A stretch of DNA of 64,000 bases from an uncultured Acidimicrobiales bacterium (GTDB lineage Bacteria; Actinomycetota; Acidimicrobiia; Acidimicrobiales; SHLQ01), in NCBI GenBank assembly GCA_964451305.1, contig CAYVHV010000007.1, positions 20,616 to 84,615 of the forward strand, written 5' to 3'. A model generated the notes under the pieces. The model searched no databases, was not told the origin of the DNA, and saw only the letters and a program-made list of their open reading frames with translations. Of this stretch, positions 46,255 to 56,239 are shown one piece after another (the first letter of the stretch is position 1; each line of letters begins with the position of its first letter). The position numbers and the translations under genes are program-made.

Positions 46255-47271
46255 ATGGCCAGTTCGAATGGTGTAGACGCCGATGTTCTCGACGGCGTCC
46301 GCCGTGCTGTCGGCGATCGCACGATTTCTGCCATCGAGATCGTGCAAGCACTCTGGGGCGGTTACGGACAGATCGTTCGCTGCGCCCTCGATGGTGGGGG
46401 ACCGCCGAGTGTGCCATCGAGTGTGCCATCGAGTGTGATTGTGAAACATGTTCGCGCTCCTGACGAGCGCGACCACCCGTACGGCTGGACCTCTGATCGG
46501 TCACACGAACGAAAGCTGAAGTCCTATCAGGTCGAGACGGCGTGGTACGAGCACTTTGCTTCCTTGAGCGATGAGCAATGGCGGGTCCCTCGGTGTCTTG
46601 CCTTGGAAACCCGACCCGATGGTGTGGTTCTCGTCCTGGAGGACCTCGACGCCGCAGGCTTCGACAAGAGACATCACAGGCTCGATGCAGCGGGACTCGA
46701 CGCCTGCCTGTCTTGGTTAGCGAACTTCCACGCGACCTTCATGGGGCGATCACCAGAGAGGTTGTGGGAGACGGGTACGTACTGGCACCTCGAAACCAGG
46801 CCCGATGAACTGGATGCACTCGACGATGGTCCGCTCAAGGCTGCCGCACACCTGATCGACCGACAGCTATCGGACAGCCCGTTCCAGACCTTCGTGCACG
46901 GCGACGCCAAACTAGCCAACTTCTGCTTCAACGCGGAGGGTGATCAGGTCGCAGCGGTCGACTTCCAATATGTGGGTGGTGGCTGCGGTATGAAAGATGT
47001 GGCGTACTTCATCAGTAGTTGCTTTGACGAGGATGAGAGCGAAATCCACGCTCCAGCGCTGCTCGACCGGTATTTCCAGTTGCTCGGTGAGGCCCTGTCA
47101 CGTCGTCGTAGTGGTGTTGACATCGTGGCACTCGAGGCCGATTGGCGGGCGTTGTATCCGGTGGCGTGGACCGACTTCATCCGCTTCTTGAAGGGGTGGA
47201 GCCCCGGCCATTGGAAGCTCCACGGTTACAGCGAGCGGCTCGCTCGCGACGTGCTCGACGCGCTGAGCTGA
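46255..47271 (+). CDS. protein-kinase-like phosphotransferase (APH/choline-kinase/EcKL-type)
   Basis: Catalytic loop [13 protein letters not shown] and [18 protein letters not shown]. Confidence 0.7.
   Translation: MASSNGVDADVLDGVRRAVGDRTISAIEIVQALWGGYGQIVRCALDGGGPPSVPSSVPSSVIVKHVRAPDERDHPYGWTSDRSHERKLKSYQVETAWYEHFASLSDEQWRVPRCLALETRPDGVVLVLEDLDAAGFDKRHHRLDAAGLDACLSWLANFHATFMGRSPERLWETGTYWHLETRPDELDALDDGPLKAAAHLIDRQLSDSPFQTFVHGDAKLANFCFNAEGDQVAAVDFQYVGGGCGMKDVAYFISSCFDEDESEIHAPALLDRYFQLLGEALSRRRSGVDIVALEADWRALYPVAWTDFIRFLKGWSPGHWKLHGYSERLARDVLDALS
46407..46437 (+). repeat. perfect 12-nt tandem repeat (2.6 copies of GAGTGTGCCATC) inside the phosphotransferase gene
   Basis: Read directly from the sequence as gagtgtgccatc gagtgtgccatc gagtgtg. 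It encodes [11 protein letters not shown]. Confidence 0.9.
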
Positions 47272-47279
47272 GCTCGCGG

Positions 47280-49412
47280 TTACGCGCCGGAGGAGCGACT
47301 GTCGGCAGGTTCGGCGGTGCTTTCTCGAAGGTCGAGAGCCTCGGTGCCAGCAATACGAACCGGCGTGTACTTGAACCCGGGGATTTTCGAGGCCGGATCG
47401 AGGTTCGCAGCGACGAGTGTGTTGCATTCCTCCCAGTGGTAGGGCATGAACAACGTATCGTGTCGCAATCCCTTCTGCGGACGCCACGGAACCCACACCG
47501 AACCCTGTCTCGACGTCACGAGGACCTTTGCGTCTCGCTCGATCTGATACGCGGCGGCGGTCGACGGATGGATCTCGACGTAGGGGCCGGGGGCGAGTCG
47601 TTGCTGACGTTCGATTCGACCCGTTTGGTTTCCAGAGAGGAACTGCGCGAGCAGACGCCCTGTCGTGAGTACGAGAGGGAATTCAGCATTGGTTTCATGG
47701 GGTAGCTGGCGGGGGACGACCGGGTGGAAGCGGGCGTTGCCATCGGGATGAGCAAAGCGTTCGGTGTAAAGCTGGGGTGTGCCCGGGTGGTCCGTCGATG
47801 GACATGGCCAGAACACACCGTCCTCATCGCGAATCCGGTCGTAAGTGATGCCGGAATAGTCGATCGGCCCTCCTTTTGAGACAGCCCGCATCTCTTCGAA
47901 AATGTCCTCTTCAGACTCGAATCGAAAACTCACAGGGCTCTCGAGGCCCTCCGCCAGGTCTGCGAGAATGTCCAGATCGTTGCGGCCCGCAATCGGCTCG
48001 ATCGCTTGGTCGATTCGAACGACCCGGCCTTCGATCGTCGTGATGGTTCCCGATTCCTCAGCGAAGGACGAACCCGGGAGGATCACGTTGGCGAAACGAG
48101 CCGATTCGCTCATGAACGGATCGATGACGACGTGGTGCTCGAGCGCCCCGAGCTGGCGACGCACCGAGGTCAGATCGGGAGATGACACGGCCATGTTCGT
48201 GCATATGGTCAGCAAGCCTCGGGTCTCGCCCGAATCGACGCCGTCGAGTATCTCGACGTACGAGGAGCCCGCTGACGGCAGTAACGCCTCATCGATTCCC
48301 CAGCGGTCAGCGACCAACGAACGATCGTCGGGCGAAAGGATAGAGCGGCCGGCAGGGAGTTGATCGCAACGCTGGCCCCATTCCCGTCCACCTTGCCCGT
48401 TTCGCTGTCCGGTCAACATATTGATTCCCGCCCCGGGGCGGCCAACGTGGCCGCACGCGAGACCGACATTGATGATCGACTGCACGTTTTGGGTTCCGTC
48501 GGTCTGCTGTTCTGGCCCGCGTCCATGCAGGAACATGCATTTCGTTGTCCCGCCGATCAACGAGGCGACCTTCTCTAGCAACCGTCGTGGAACGTCGGCG
48601 ACCAACTCCACGAACTCGGGGTCGTACTCCATCGCTGCACTGAGCGCATCGGAGAAACCAACGGTGCGGTTCTCGAGGAAGTCTCGGTCGACGAGACCTT
48701 GACGAACGATCTCGCGAAGCAGACCGTTGAACAGGACGGCGTCCGAGCCGGGCTCGAGGGCCACATGGATGTCTCCGTCTTTCACGAACCTTCCCGCCCG
48801 TGGATCGATCACGATGACGGTCCCGCCCCGTTTGCGAACATGATTGAGGAGGGTTGGAAGCGCAACGGGGAAGGCGGCCGATATGTGTGCTCCGATGACC
48901 ACGACCACCTCGGCAACTCTGAGCTCATCGAGCGGGGTCATCATCCGGTCGGCGCCGAAGGCCAACATGTTGGCCTTTCCAGCGGCTGCCATGCAGAACC
49001 GGCCGTTGTAGTCGACGTTGGGTGTCCCGAGCGCGAGCCTCGCAAACTTACCGAGCAGGTACACCTTCTCGTTCGTCAACGACCCACCGGACAAGAGCGC
49101 GTTCGCCGGCGCCCCGTGCTCGGACCGGATCTTGGCGAACCCGTCGATCGCAGCATCGAGGCCTTCGTTCCAGGACACTTCGTGAAACTCGGTTCCTCGA
49201 CGGATGAGCGGAGCCGTCAGCCGGTCTTTGTGGTGAATCTGCTCAAACGCTGAGGCGCCTTTTGAACACAAGGACCCCGTTGTGAGGGGCGAGCCTTTCC
49301 AACGGGACAGCCCGACGACCGTCCCATCGGCGACGTTCAAATCCATCCCACAGTTCAGTGAGCAATATGGGCAGTGGGTTCTCGCCGTCGAGTTCGAGCG
49401 TCCGGTGCTCAT
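47280..49412 (-). CDS. nasA: assimilatory nitrate reductase, molybdopterin catalytic subunit
   Basis: N-terminal 4Fe-4S motif HCPYCSLNCG...C and full-length MopB family similarity. It is the last gene of the nitrate/nitrite operon. Confidence 0.88.
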   Translation of the reverse strand: MSTGRSNSTARTHCPYCSLNCGMDLNVADGTVVGLSRWKGSPLTTGSLCSKGASAFEQIHHKDRLTAPLIRRGTEFHEVSWNEGLDAAIDGFAKIRSEHGAPANALLSGGSLTNEKVYLLGKFARLALGTPNVDYNGRFCMAAAGKANMLAFGADRMMTPLDELRVAEVVVVIGAHISAAFPVALPTLLNHVRKRGGTVIVIDPRAGRFVKDGDIHVALEPGSDAVLFNGLLREIVRQGLVDRDFLENRTVGFSDALSAAMEYDPEFVELVADVPRRLLEKVASLIGGTTKCMFLHGRGPEQQTDGTQNVQSIINVGLACGHVGRPGAGINMLTGQRNGQGGREWGQRCDQLPAGRSILSPDDRSLVADRWGIDEALLPSAGSSYVEILDGVDSGETRGLLTICTNMAVSSPDLTSVRRQLGALEHHVVIDPFMSESARFANVILPGSSFAEESGTITTIEGRVVRIDQAIEPIAGRNDLDILADLAEGLESPVSFRFESEEDIFEEMRAVSKGGPIDYSGITYDRIRDEDGVFWPCPSTDHPGTPQLYTERFAHPDGNARFHPVVPRQLPHETNAEFPLVLTTGRLLAQFLSGNQTGRIERQQRLAPGPYVEIHPSTAAAYQIERDAKVLVTSRQGSVWVPWRPQKGLRHDTLFMPYHWEECNTLVAANLDPASKIPGFKYTPVRIAGTEALDLRESTAEPADSRSSGA

Positions 49413-50536
49413 GTGGCACTCAGTCGATAGCCGCGACGTTTGACGGTCTGTATGCCCTTGCCAGCAACGCCGAGCCGCTTTCTGAGTCGGCCGACGGTGA
49501 CCTCGACGACGTGTTCGTCGGTCGAATTCCCCTGCCAGACCTCCGAGAGCAGGTTCTTCTTTGAGAAGACGACGCCAGGGCGGCTGGACAGAATCGAGAG
49601 CAAGCGTTTCTCACGCCGACTCAGTATCTGGGGGTCTTGTGAGCCGACCCGTAGCTCACTTCCACGTAGCACCACCCGGTGACCAGCGAGGTCGACTTCT
49701 GTCGCCGACTGGTAAAGCTGTTCGGTCAGGTGCCGGACCATCGTCCCGAGTTGGGGACGGTCCGGGAAGGTCGGTCGGCCCAAGCCGGATTCGGTGACAA
49801 CGGATGCGGTTCGTTCGCCGACGCACACGACGAGTGTCGTCCATCTCGTCGCTTCGCAGATCGCCGGGAAAACACCTTGTTCTCGAGCGCATCGCACGAA
49901 GTTCTCGACCGCTGGACGCGCGGTGAACGTGAGTGCGTCGACCTCGTGTTGTGCTACAGCGGTGACGAGGCGGACCAACGCTGTGCTATCGACTGGGGGA
50001 GTCCAGCGATAGACGGGCACCGGGATGACCGTCGCTCCGAGCGACTCTATGCGTTCGATGACGGTGCATTCGGGGTCGCCGTCGAGTTGGATCGCCACCG
50101 TCGTCCCCTGAAGGCAACGTTCGCCAAGCGCCGACACGATGTCGTCGAAGGTGTCCACTGTGGCTGATGAAATATCAAGACCAGCGGTTATGGCCGCGCC
50201 TCGTGCCTTGGCTCCTCGGGCGATGACCTCCGACCGGTCGATCGCGTCTCGTAGCCGGTCTCCTTCGAGACGCGTGTCCGCCGACGAGAACCATCCCCGT
50301 ACGCCGATGCCCGTGGTGAGCACCGTGATATCCGGCGGGGTCGCGATCAGCTGACCGGTTGCCTCGGCAGTTTCGGCTTCTGGCAGCAGGGGCAGCGTCT
50401 GGAGTGCAGGACCGTGGAGGCATGTTGCACCTCGTCCCGCGAGCATCTTGATTTGCTCGTCGCTGCGTCGATCCGCAGTGACTCCGATTGTGAAACCATC
50501 GAGGTCGCCATGCACACCTTCAGTTTGGGAGGTCAA
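49409..50536 (-). CDS. nnaR: uroporphyrinogen-III synthase (HemD)-like domain fused to an OmpR-type winged-helix DNA-binding domain (NnaR/Rv0260c-type regulator)
   Basis: The N-terminal ~250 aa are HemD-like. The C-terminus LSRREKRLLSILSSRPGVVFSKKNLLSEVW...VEVTVGRLRKRL...IQTVKRRGYRL is a trans_reg_C wHTH. It overlaps nasA by 4 nt. Confidence 0.8.
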   Translation of the reverse strand: MTSQTEGVHGDLDGFTIGVTADRRSDEQIKMLAGRGATCLHGPALQTLPLLPEAETAEATGQLIATPPDITVLTTGIGVRGWFSSADTRLEGDRLRDAIDRSEVIARGAKARGAAITAGLDISSATVDTFDDIVSALGERCLQGTTVAIQLDGDPECTVIERIESLGATVIPVPVYRWTPPVDSTALVRLVTAVAQHEVDALTFTARPAVENFVRCAREQGVFPAICEATRWTTLVVCVGERTASVVTESGLGRPTFPDRPQLGTMVRHLTEQLYQSATEVDLAGHRVVLRGSELRVGSQDPQILSRREKRLLSILSSRPGVVFSKKNLLSEVWQGNSTDEHVVEVTVGRLRKRLGVAGKGIQTVKRRGYRLSAT

Positions 50537-50540
50537 TGTT

Positions 50541-50954
50541 TCAGACGTGTTTCTCGCCCGTGACGTTCCGTCGCAACGAGACCACTTCGCCGACGGTGCG
50601 GGCCTCGAAAATTTCGAGCGAGAGGTCGTCGTTGGTGAGGCAACGACCGGTGATCAGGCTGAAACGGTCTTTTAGCAAAGGGGAGATCACGATGGGTTCG
50701 TCCGCGGTCGATCCGATGAGACCTCGTGCGATCGTGGGCGTTCCTGTGCGCGGGTCGATATGTCCTACGGCGTGCAACGACTCGGTGTCGCCGACGCTGA
50801 AGCGAAAGAGGGCGACGGGCCGCCCTTCGACCAGCACGGCGATACCGCGCCCGTGTTCGAGCTGGTCAACGTTGCACACCTCATGCCACCGTCGGTCGCC
50901 GTCCGGCTCGAGGTCGATTTGTACGGTTTCGGAAATGACAGCCTTTGGGTTCAT
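50541..50954 (-). CDS. nirD: nitrite reductase [NAD(P)H] small subunit
   Basis: Rieske-like fold without the cluster ligands (RPVALFR...HAVGHIDP...ISPLLKDRFSL). It overlaps nirB by 4 nt. Confidence 0.85.
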   Translation of the reverse strand: MNPKAVISETVQIDLEPDGDRRWHEVCNVDQLEHGRGIAVLVEGRPVALFRFSVGDTESLHAVGHIDPRTGTPTIARGLIGSTADEPIVISPLLKDRFSLITGRCLTNDDLSLEIFEARTVGEVVSLRRNVTGEKHV

Positions 50955-53443
50955 GATGCGGGCACCCGCTGTCCACGTTCACGAATCCAGACCGGCGATG
51001 AGTTTGCGTCCGGCGCATTTACGAACTCGACAAAGTGCTCGAGCTTGTCCGGGTTGTTGAGCGTTGCGGTCCACTCGCACTCATAGGTTTCGACGTGGGT
51101 GGCCATCGCGGCCTCCAACTCCTCACAAATACCGAGAGTGTCATCGACGATGACTGATCGCAGATAGTCGACACCACCTTCGAGCCGCTCGAACCACGTC
51201 GAGGTTCGTTCGAGCTTGTCCGCCGTACGGATGTAGAACATCAAGAATCGATCGATCAGTGTGATCAGCTCGTCATCGCTGAGATCGATAGCGAAGAGAT
51301 CGCCGTGGCGGGGGACACGACCACCGTTGCCGCACAGGTACAGATTCCAACCGGTCTCTGTCGCGACGATCCCAAAGTCTTTACTTTGGGCTTCCGCGCA
51401 TTCTCGCGTGCATCCAGACACACCCGATTTGAGCTTGTGCGGTGCGCGCAAGCCTCGATATCTCCGTTCGATTTGAATGGCCATACCCACCGCGTCTTGG
51501 ACGCCGTAGCGACACCACGTTGAGCCAACGCAAGACTTCACGGTGCGAAGCGCCTTCCCATAGGCTTGGCCAGATTCGAGACCAGCGTCGATGACCCGCT
51601 GCCAGATGTCTGGGAGTTCGTGCAGCTGCGCTCCGAAGAGATCGATGCGTTGTGCGCCAGTGATCTTTGCGTAGAGGTCATAGTCTCGGCCGACCTCGCC
51701 GAGAGCGATGAGCTGTTGCGGCGTGATCTCTCCGCCCGGTACCCGTGGGACGACCGAGTAGGTGCCGTTCTTTTGCATGTTTGCAAGGGAACGATCGTTG
51801 GTGTCCTGGAGCGGGGCCTGATCCTGGCTCAGAACGTACCCGTTGCTCTGCGACGCCAGAATCGATGCGACGGTCGGACGGCAGATCTCACACCCCAGTC
51901 CAGAGCCGTACGTCGATACGATCTCGGACCACGTGGTCAAACCATCGAGGCGGACCAGATCGAACAGTTCTTGTCGGCTGTACGCGAAGTGTTCACAGAG
52001 CGATGTGTCGATGCTGACGCCGATGTCGACGAGCGTCTCGTTCATCAGCGATGTCATCCCCGGGATGCAGCCACCGCAACCGGTTCCGCAGTTCGTCGAC
52101 TCCTTCAGGCGTGCAATGCTGTGGTCGCCATCTTGGACCGCGTCCTTGAGCTCGCCACGGGTCACGTTGTTGCAGCTGCACAAGATTGCCGAGTCTGGCA
52201 GTGCGAGGGAGGGCTGTTCTGTAGAGGATCCCGGAGCGATGAGCGAGCCGAGCGCCGAGGTCTCCATCGCCCCGGTCGACATGGCGTGGAAGAGGTCGTA
52301 GTTGGAGGCGTCTCCTACCAGCACGCCGCCGGTTACGACGCCGTTGTCGACCGACACGCTCCGGTAGATCTTCTCCGAAGGGTCGGAGAAGGTCACTGCG
52401 TTCGTTCCCGTGTGATGTCCAAAGCTTGCGACCTCGACACCGAAGAGCTTCAGCTTCGTCGAGAGGTCTGCACCGGTGAACGTTCTATCTCCACCAGTGA
52501 GCTGAGATGCGAGTGCGGATGCCATTGCGTAGCCAGGTCCCACCAACCCATATGTCATGTCGCCGTGAGCGGCGACCTCGCCGATGGCGAAGATGTGTGG
52601 ATCTGAGGTCTGCAGCATGTCATCGACGACGACACCGCCGCGCGTACCGATCGTCAGGCCTGCGTTGCGGGCAAGCTCGTCTCGAGGTCGGATGCCAGCG
52701 GAAAAGACGACGATGTCGGTATCGACGACACCACCCGAACCGAGCAGACTGGAAACATCATCTTCGCCGTTGCCCGAGCCTGCGATCTCCGAGGTCTGGT
52801 AGCCGAGGTGGCAGGTGATGTCGAGATCGTCGACCCAGCGTTTCAGGGTCGCGGATCCGGCTTCGTCGAGTTGTTGTGGCATCAACCGGTCGGACATCTC
52901 GACCACATGCGTGTCCAGCCCGAGGTTCTTGAGTGCGTTCGCTGCTTCGAGGCCGAGGAGTCCTCCACCGATCACCACGCCCGTCGTCTTTCCTTCGGCC
53001 CAATTTTGGATTTGCTCGAGATCTTCCAGCGTGCGGTAGACGAAGCACCCCGGGCGATCGTGGCCAGGAATTGGAGGCACGAAGGGGAAGGAACCGGTTG
53101 CGAGCACGAGCGTGTCGTACGCCAGAACATCGCCGTTCTCGAGCGAGATGGCCTGTTCCACGGTGTCGATGTTCGAGACCAGCGAGCCAAATCGAAACGT
53201 GACGCCGGCTGCGCTCTGAGCGTCGACGTCACCGAGCAAGAGGTCGCTCGTCGACGCTCCATCGAACCAGCTCGAAAGGGCCACACGGTCATATGCCGGC
53301 GTTGGTTCGTCACCAATGACGGTCACGCTGTATGTGTCGAGTCCTCCGTTCGCAATGAGGTCGTCGACAAATCGTTGACCGACCATGCCGTTGCCGACAA
53401 CGATGAGACGCTGCTTGCCGGGTGAATTTGTGAGAGTGCTCAT
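50951..53443 (-). CDS. nirB: nitrite reductase [NAD(P)H] large subunit (siroheme/4Fe-4S)
   Basis: N-terminal FAD motif LIVVGNGMVG, BFD-like [2Fe-2S] motif CSCNNVT...CGTGCGGC and siroheme-binding region VSGCTRECAEAQ.KDFG; 830 aa. Confidence 0.93.
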   Translation of the reverse strand: MSTLTNSPGKQRLIVVGNGMVGQRFVDDLIANGGLDTYSVTVIGDEPTPAYDRVALSSWFDGASTSDLLLGDVDAQSAAGVTFRFGSLVSNIDTVEQAISLENGDVLAYDTLVLATGSFPFVPPIPGHDRPGCFVYRTLEDLEQIQNWAEGKTTGVVIGGGLLGLEAANALKNLGLDTHVVEMSDRLMPQQLDEAGSATLKRWVDDLDITCHLGYQTSEIAGSGNGEDDVSSLLGSGGVVDTDIVVFSAGIRPRDELARNAGLTIGTRGGVVVDDMLQTSDPHIFAIGEVAAHGDMTYGLVGPGYAMASALASQLTGGDRTFTGADLSTKLKLFGVEVASFGHHTGTNAVTFSDPSEKIYRSVSVDNGVVTGGVLVGDASNYDLFHAMSTGAMETSALGSLIAPGSSTEQPSLALPDSAILCSCNNVTRGELKDAVQDGDHSIARLKESTNCGTGCGGCIPGMTSLMNETLVDIGVSIDTSLCEHFAYSRQELFDLVRLDGLTTWSEIVSTYGSGLGCEICRPTVASILASQSNGYVLSQDQAPLQDTNDRSLANMQKNGTYSVVPRVPGGEITPQQLIALGEVGRDYDLYAKITGAQRIDLFGAQLHELPDIWQRVIDAGLESGQAYGKALRTVKSCVGSTWCRYGVQDAVGMAIQIERRYRGLRAPHKLKSGVSGCTRECAEAQSKDFGIVATETGWNLYLCGNGGRVPRHGDLFAIDLSDDELITLIDRFLMFYIRTADKLERTSTWFERLEGGVDYLRSVIVDDTLGICEELEAAMATHVETYECEWTATLNNPDKLEHFVEFVNAPDANSSPVWIRERGQRVPAS

Positions 53444-55137
53444 GCTGGTTGGTGTGCTCCGTGTTCGTAATCGGCGAGAAACTGAAGGACTTCCTGGCGA
53501 TAGGCGTAGAACTTTGGGTCATCGAGCAGCACGTGCCGATCCCGTGGTCGTGGGAGGTCGACCTCGAGGATCTTGCCGATCCGAGCGTCGGGGCCGTTCG
53601 TCATCATGACGACACGATCGGCGAGCAGGATTGCCTCGTCGACGTCGTGAGTCACCATGATCGTGGTCACCGCACTGCGATTCCAAACCTCGAGGAGAAC
53701 GTCTTGTAGATCCCATCGAGTCAGGCTGTCCAACATCCCGAATGGCTCGTCGAGCAGCAACAGCTTGGGGCTGAGTGCGAAGGCTCGAGCGAGTCCCACC
53801 CGCTGTTTCATGCCATTGGACAGGCTGTTCGCGCGCTTGTCGAGCGCTCCACCGAGCCCGACGCGCTCCAAGTAGTAGTCGACGATTTCGCGTCGTTCCT
53901 TCGCTGTCGCGTGGGGGTACACGCGATCCACGCCCAGTTCCACGTTCTCACGCGCGGTCAGCCAGGGGAGCAGCGATGGGGCTTGGAAGACGACGGCCTT
54001 GTCGGGGCCCGCCTCGCGGACCTCCTTGCCATCGAGCATGATCTTGCCGCCGGTGATCTCGTTGAGGCCCGCCGCCATCGTGAGCGCGGTCGACTTGCCG
54101 CAACCGGAATGGCCGATCAACGAAACGAAGTCACCCTTGTCGAGAACCAAGTTGATGTCGTCGATGACGGTGAGCGGTCCATCGGCGGTCGGATAGACCT
54201 TCTTGGCTTTGTAGAACTCGAGGTATCGACTTGTCCGGTTCGAGACCGACGCCTCGACAACCGCGCTCGGTAGACCCGAGATGTCCTTGGGTTCGACCTC
54301 GGGAAGAGACGTTGCGGCGTTGGCCGACGTGAGCGATTCGTCCGTCATGTTCATCGAATCGAGCTGCGAGACAATCTCGTGACGCAATGCCATGTACGCC
54401 TCGTCATTGTTCACCTCGGTGCGATCTCGTGGACGTTCGATCGTCACGTCATAGATAGTGGAGATTTTCGCAGCAGGGCCGACGTCGAGAATCGCAACGC
54501 GGTCGGCGAGCAGCAGCGCTTCGTCGACATCGTTGGTGATCAGGACGATGGTGCGCTTCTCTTGGCGACGAATTCGTTCGATCTCGTCTTGCAACTTTGC
54601 TCGGGTGAGCGCATCGAGTGCGGAGAGCGGCTCGTCCAGCAGGAGGATTTCGGGTCGTCCCGAGAGCGCTCGAGCGACGGCCACACGTTGTTTCATGCCG
54701 CCCGAAAGTGCCGCGATCTTTCGATCACTTGCATGGCTCAAGCCGACCAGTTCGATGGTGTCGTCGATGATCTTGCGTCGCTCTGCCTTGGACTTGTCCT
54801 CGTGGACTGCGTCGACGGCGAGGGCCACGTTGCCCTCGACCGTCAACCAGGGCAACAACGAGTACGACTGGAAGACGACCCCTCGGTCTCGGCCGGGACC
54901 GACCGAGGTCTCACCATGAACTCGAACGTCGCCAGCGTCGAGATCGATGAGTCCGGCGATAGCCGAGATGAGGGTCGTCTTCCCCGAGCCCGAGAAGCCA
55001 AGGATGGCCACGAACTCGCCGTCGTAAACATCGAGGTCGAGTTGGGAGAGGACCTCGGTTGTGCCACCTGCGCCGTCGTCATAGGACTTTGTGACGTTCC
55101 GGAGTGAGAGAATAGGTTGGGTTGTCATGTTGCTCAC
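53440..55137 (-). CDS. nitrate/nitrite ABC transporter ATP-binding protein, two fused ATPase cassettes (NrtC-NrtD-like)
   Basis: Two complete cassettes are present. The first has GFSGSGKTT...LSGGMKQRVAVARAL...LLLDEPLSALD. The second has GHSGCGKST...LSNGMKQRVGLARAF...LLLDEPFGMLD. Confidence 0.88.
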   Translation of the reverse strand: MSNMTTQPILSLRNVTKSYDDGAGGTTEVLSQLDLDVYDGEFVAILGFSGSGKTTLISAIAGLIDLDAGDVRVHGETSVGPGRDRGVVFQSYSLLPWLTVEGNVALAVDAVHEDKSKAERRKIIDDTIELVGLSHASDRKIAALSGGMKQRVAVARALSGRPEILLLDEPLSALDALTRAKLQDEIERIRRQEKRTIVLITNDVDEALLLADRVAILDVGPAAKISTIYDVTIERPRDRTEVNNDEAYMALRHEIVSQLDSMNMTDESLTSANAATSLPEVEPKDISGLPSAVVEASVSNRTSRYLEFYKAKKVYPTADGPLTVIDDINLVLDKGDFVSLIGHSGCGKSTALTMAAGLNEITGGKIMLDGKEVREAGPDKAVVFQAPSLLPWLTARENVELGVDRVYPHATAKERREIVDYYLERVGLGGALDKRANSLSNGMKQRVGLARAFALSPKLLLLDEPFGMLDSLTRWDLQDVLLEVWNRSAVTTIMVTHDVDEAILLADRVVMMTNGPDARIGKILEVDLPRPRDRHVLLDDPKFYAYRQEVLQFLADYEHGAHQPA

Positions 55138-56177
55138 GCGTGGTTCCGGCTGACGAACGACTCGGCCATGCTCATCAAACGATCGAGCAAGAAGCCAATG
55201 AAGCCAATGACAAAGACGGCGAACATGATGCGAGCGAGCGATTGGGAGCTCCCGTTCTGGAACTCATCCCAGACGAACTTTCCAAGCCCAGGGTTCTGGG
55301 CGAGCATCTCCGCTGCGATCAACACCATCCAGCCCACGCCGAGGGAGAGGCGGAGTCCGGTGAATATGTACGGAAGCGCCGACGGAAGCACCAGTTTGCG
55401 CAGGCGAGCAAACCACCCGAGCTTCAGCACCTTGCCCACGTTCAGTAGGTCTTCGTCGACCGATGATGCGCCGACGGCGGTGTTGATGAGCGTTGGCCAT
55501 AGCGAGTTGAGCGTCACGACGAGCGCCGAGATCACAAACGCTGGTGCAAAGTACGAGTCGGGGTCGAGAGCGGTCGCGGCGATCACGATCTGGACGATCG
55601 GCAACCACGCCAACGGGCTAACTGGCTTAAAGATCGACACCAACGGGTTAATAGCTTTCATAAACGACGGCGACAGTCCGCTCAAAAGCCCGACCGGGAT
55701 CGCCACGACGGAGCCGATGAGGAAGCCGAGCGCCACGGTTTGCAGCGACGTCCAAATCTGCTGCGGGAAACTCGGTGGCCCATTGAACTCGAAGTTCTGC
55801 ACGAGTTCTGGAGTGCCCGCAGCGACCGCCGCAGCGTTGTTGGCATCCTGATTCGCAAAGAACTCCGCTCGTGCTTCCCGGGTAGCCATCCACTCATCGA
55901 ACAGATCGCGCCCGGCATCAAAGACCTCAACAGGGCCCGGCAGGGATCCCACTCGAGTGTTGATGCGAGGCGCAATGATGGCCCAGACCAACAAGAAACC
56001 AGCGATGCCCAACAGTGGGAGTATCAGGTTGCCGAGGCGCTTTTTCGCAGCGGCGAACGACCGCTGGTGCGATTCGCCCGAGGGAGTCTCCTCGGGAGCC
56101 AACAGGTCATTTGCTAGCGGTTCTGTTGGTTCCAGGATTTGGATCTCATCGACGATGAGTCCGGAGTCGGGTGACAT
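55134..56177 (-). CDS. nrtB: nitrate/nitrite ABC transporter permease
   Basis: Polytopic BPD-transporter fold with the EAA-like loop region ...DEDLLNVGKVLKLGWF.RLRKLVLP.ALPYIFTGLR. It overlaps the ATPase gene by 4 nt. Confidence 0.85.
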   Translation of the reverse strand: MSPDSGLIVDEIQILEPTEPLANDLLAPEETPSGESHQRSFAAAKKRLGNLILPLLGIAGFLLVWAIIAPRINTRVGSLPGPVEVFDAGRDLFDEWMATREARAEFFANQDANNAAAVAAGTPELVQNFEFNGPPSFPQQIWTSLQTVALGFLIGSVVAIPVGLLSGLSPSFMKAINPLVSIFKPVSPLAWLPIVQIVIAATALDPDSYFAPAFVISALVVTLNSLWPTLINTAVGASSVDEDLLNVGKVLKLGWFARLRKLVLPSALPYIFTGLRLSLGVGWMVLIAAEMLAQNPGLGKFVWDEFQNGSSQSLARIMFAVFVIGFIGFLLDRLMSMAESFVSRNHA

Positions 56178-56239
56178 GGGTATTGTCCTCTCGGTTCAGG
56201 TACGTAGTAGGTGTGTTGGAAAGGTGGGTCGGGGACGGG

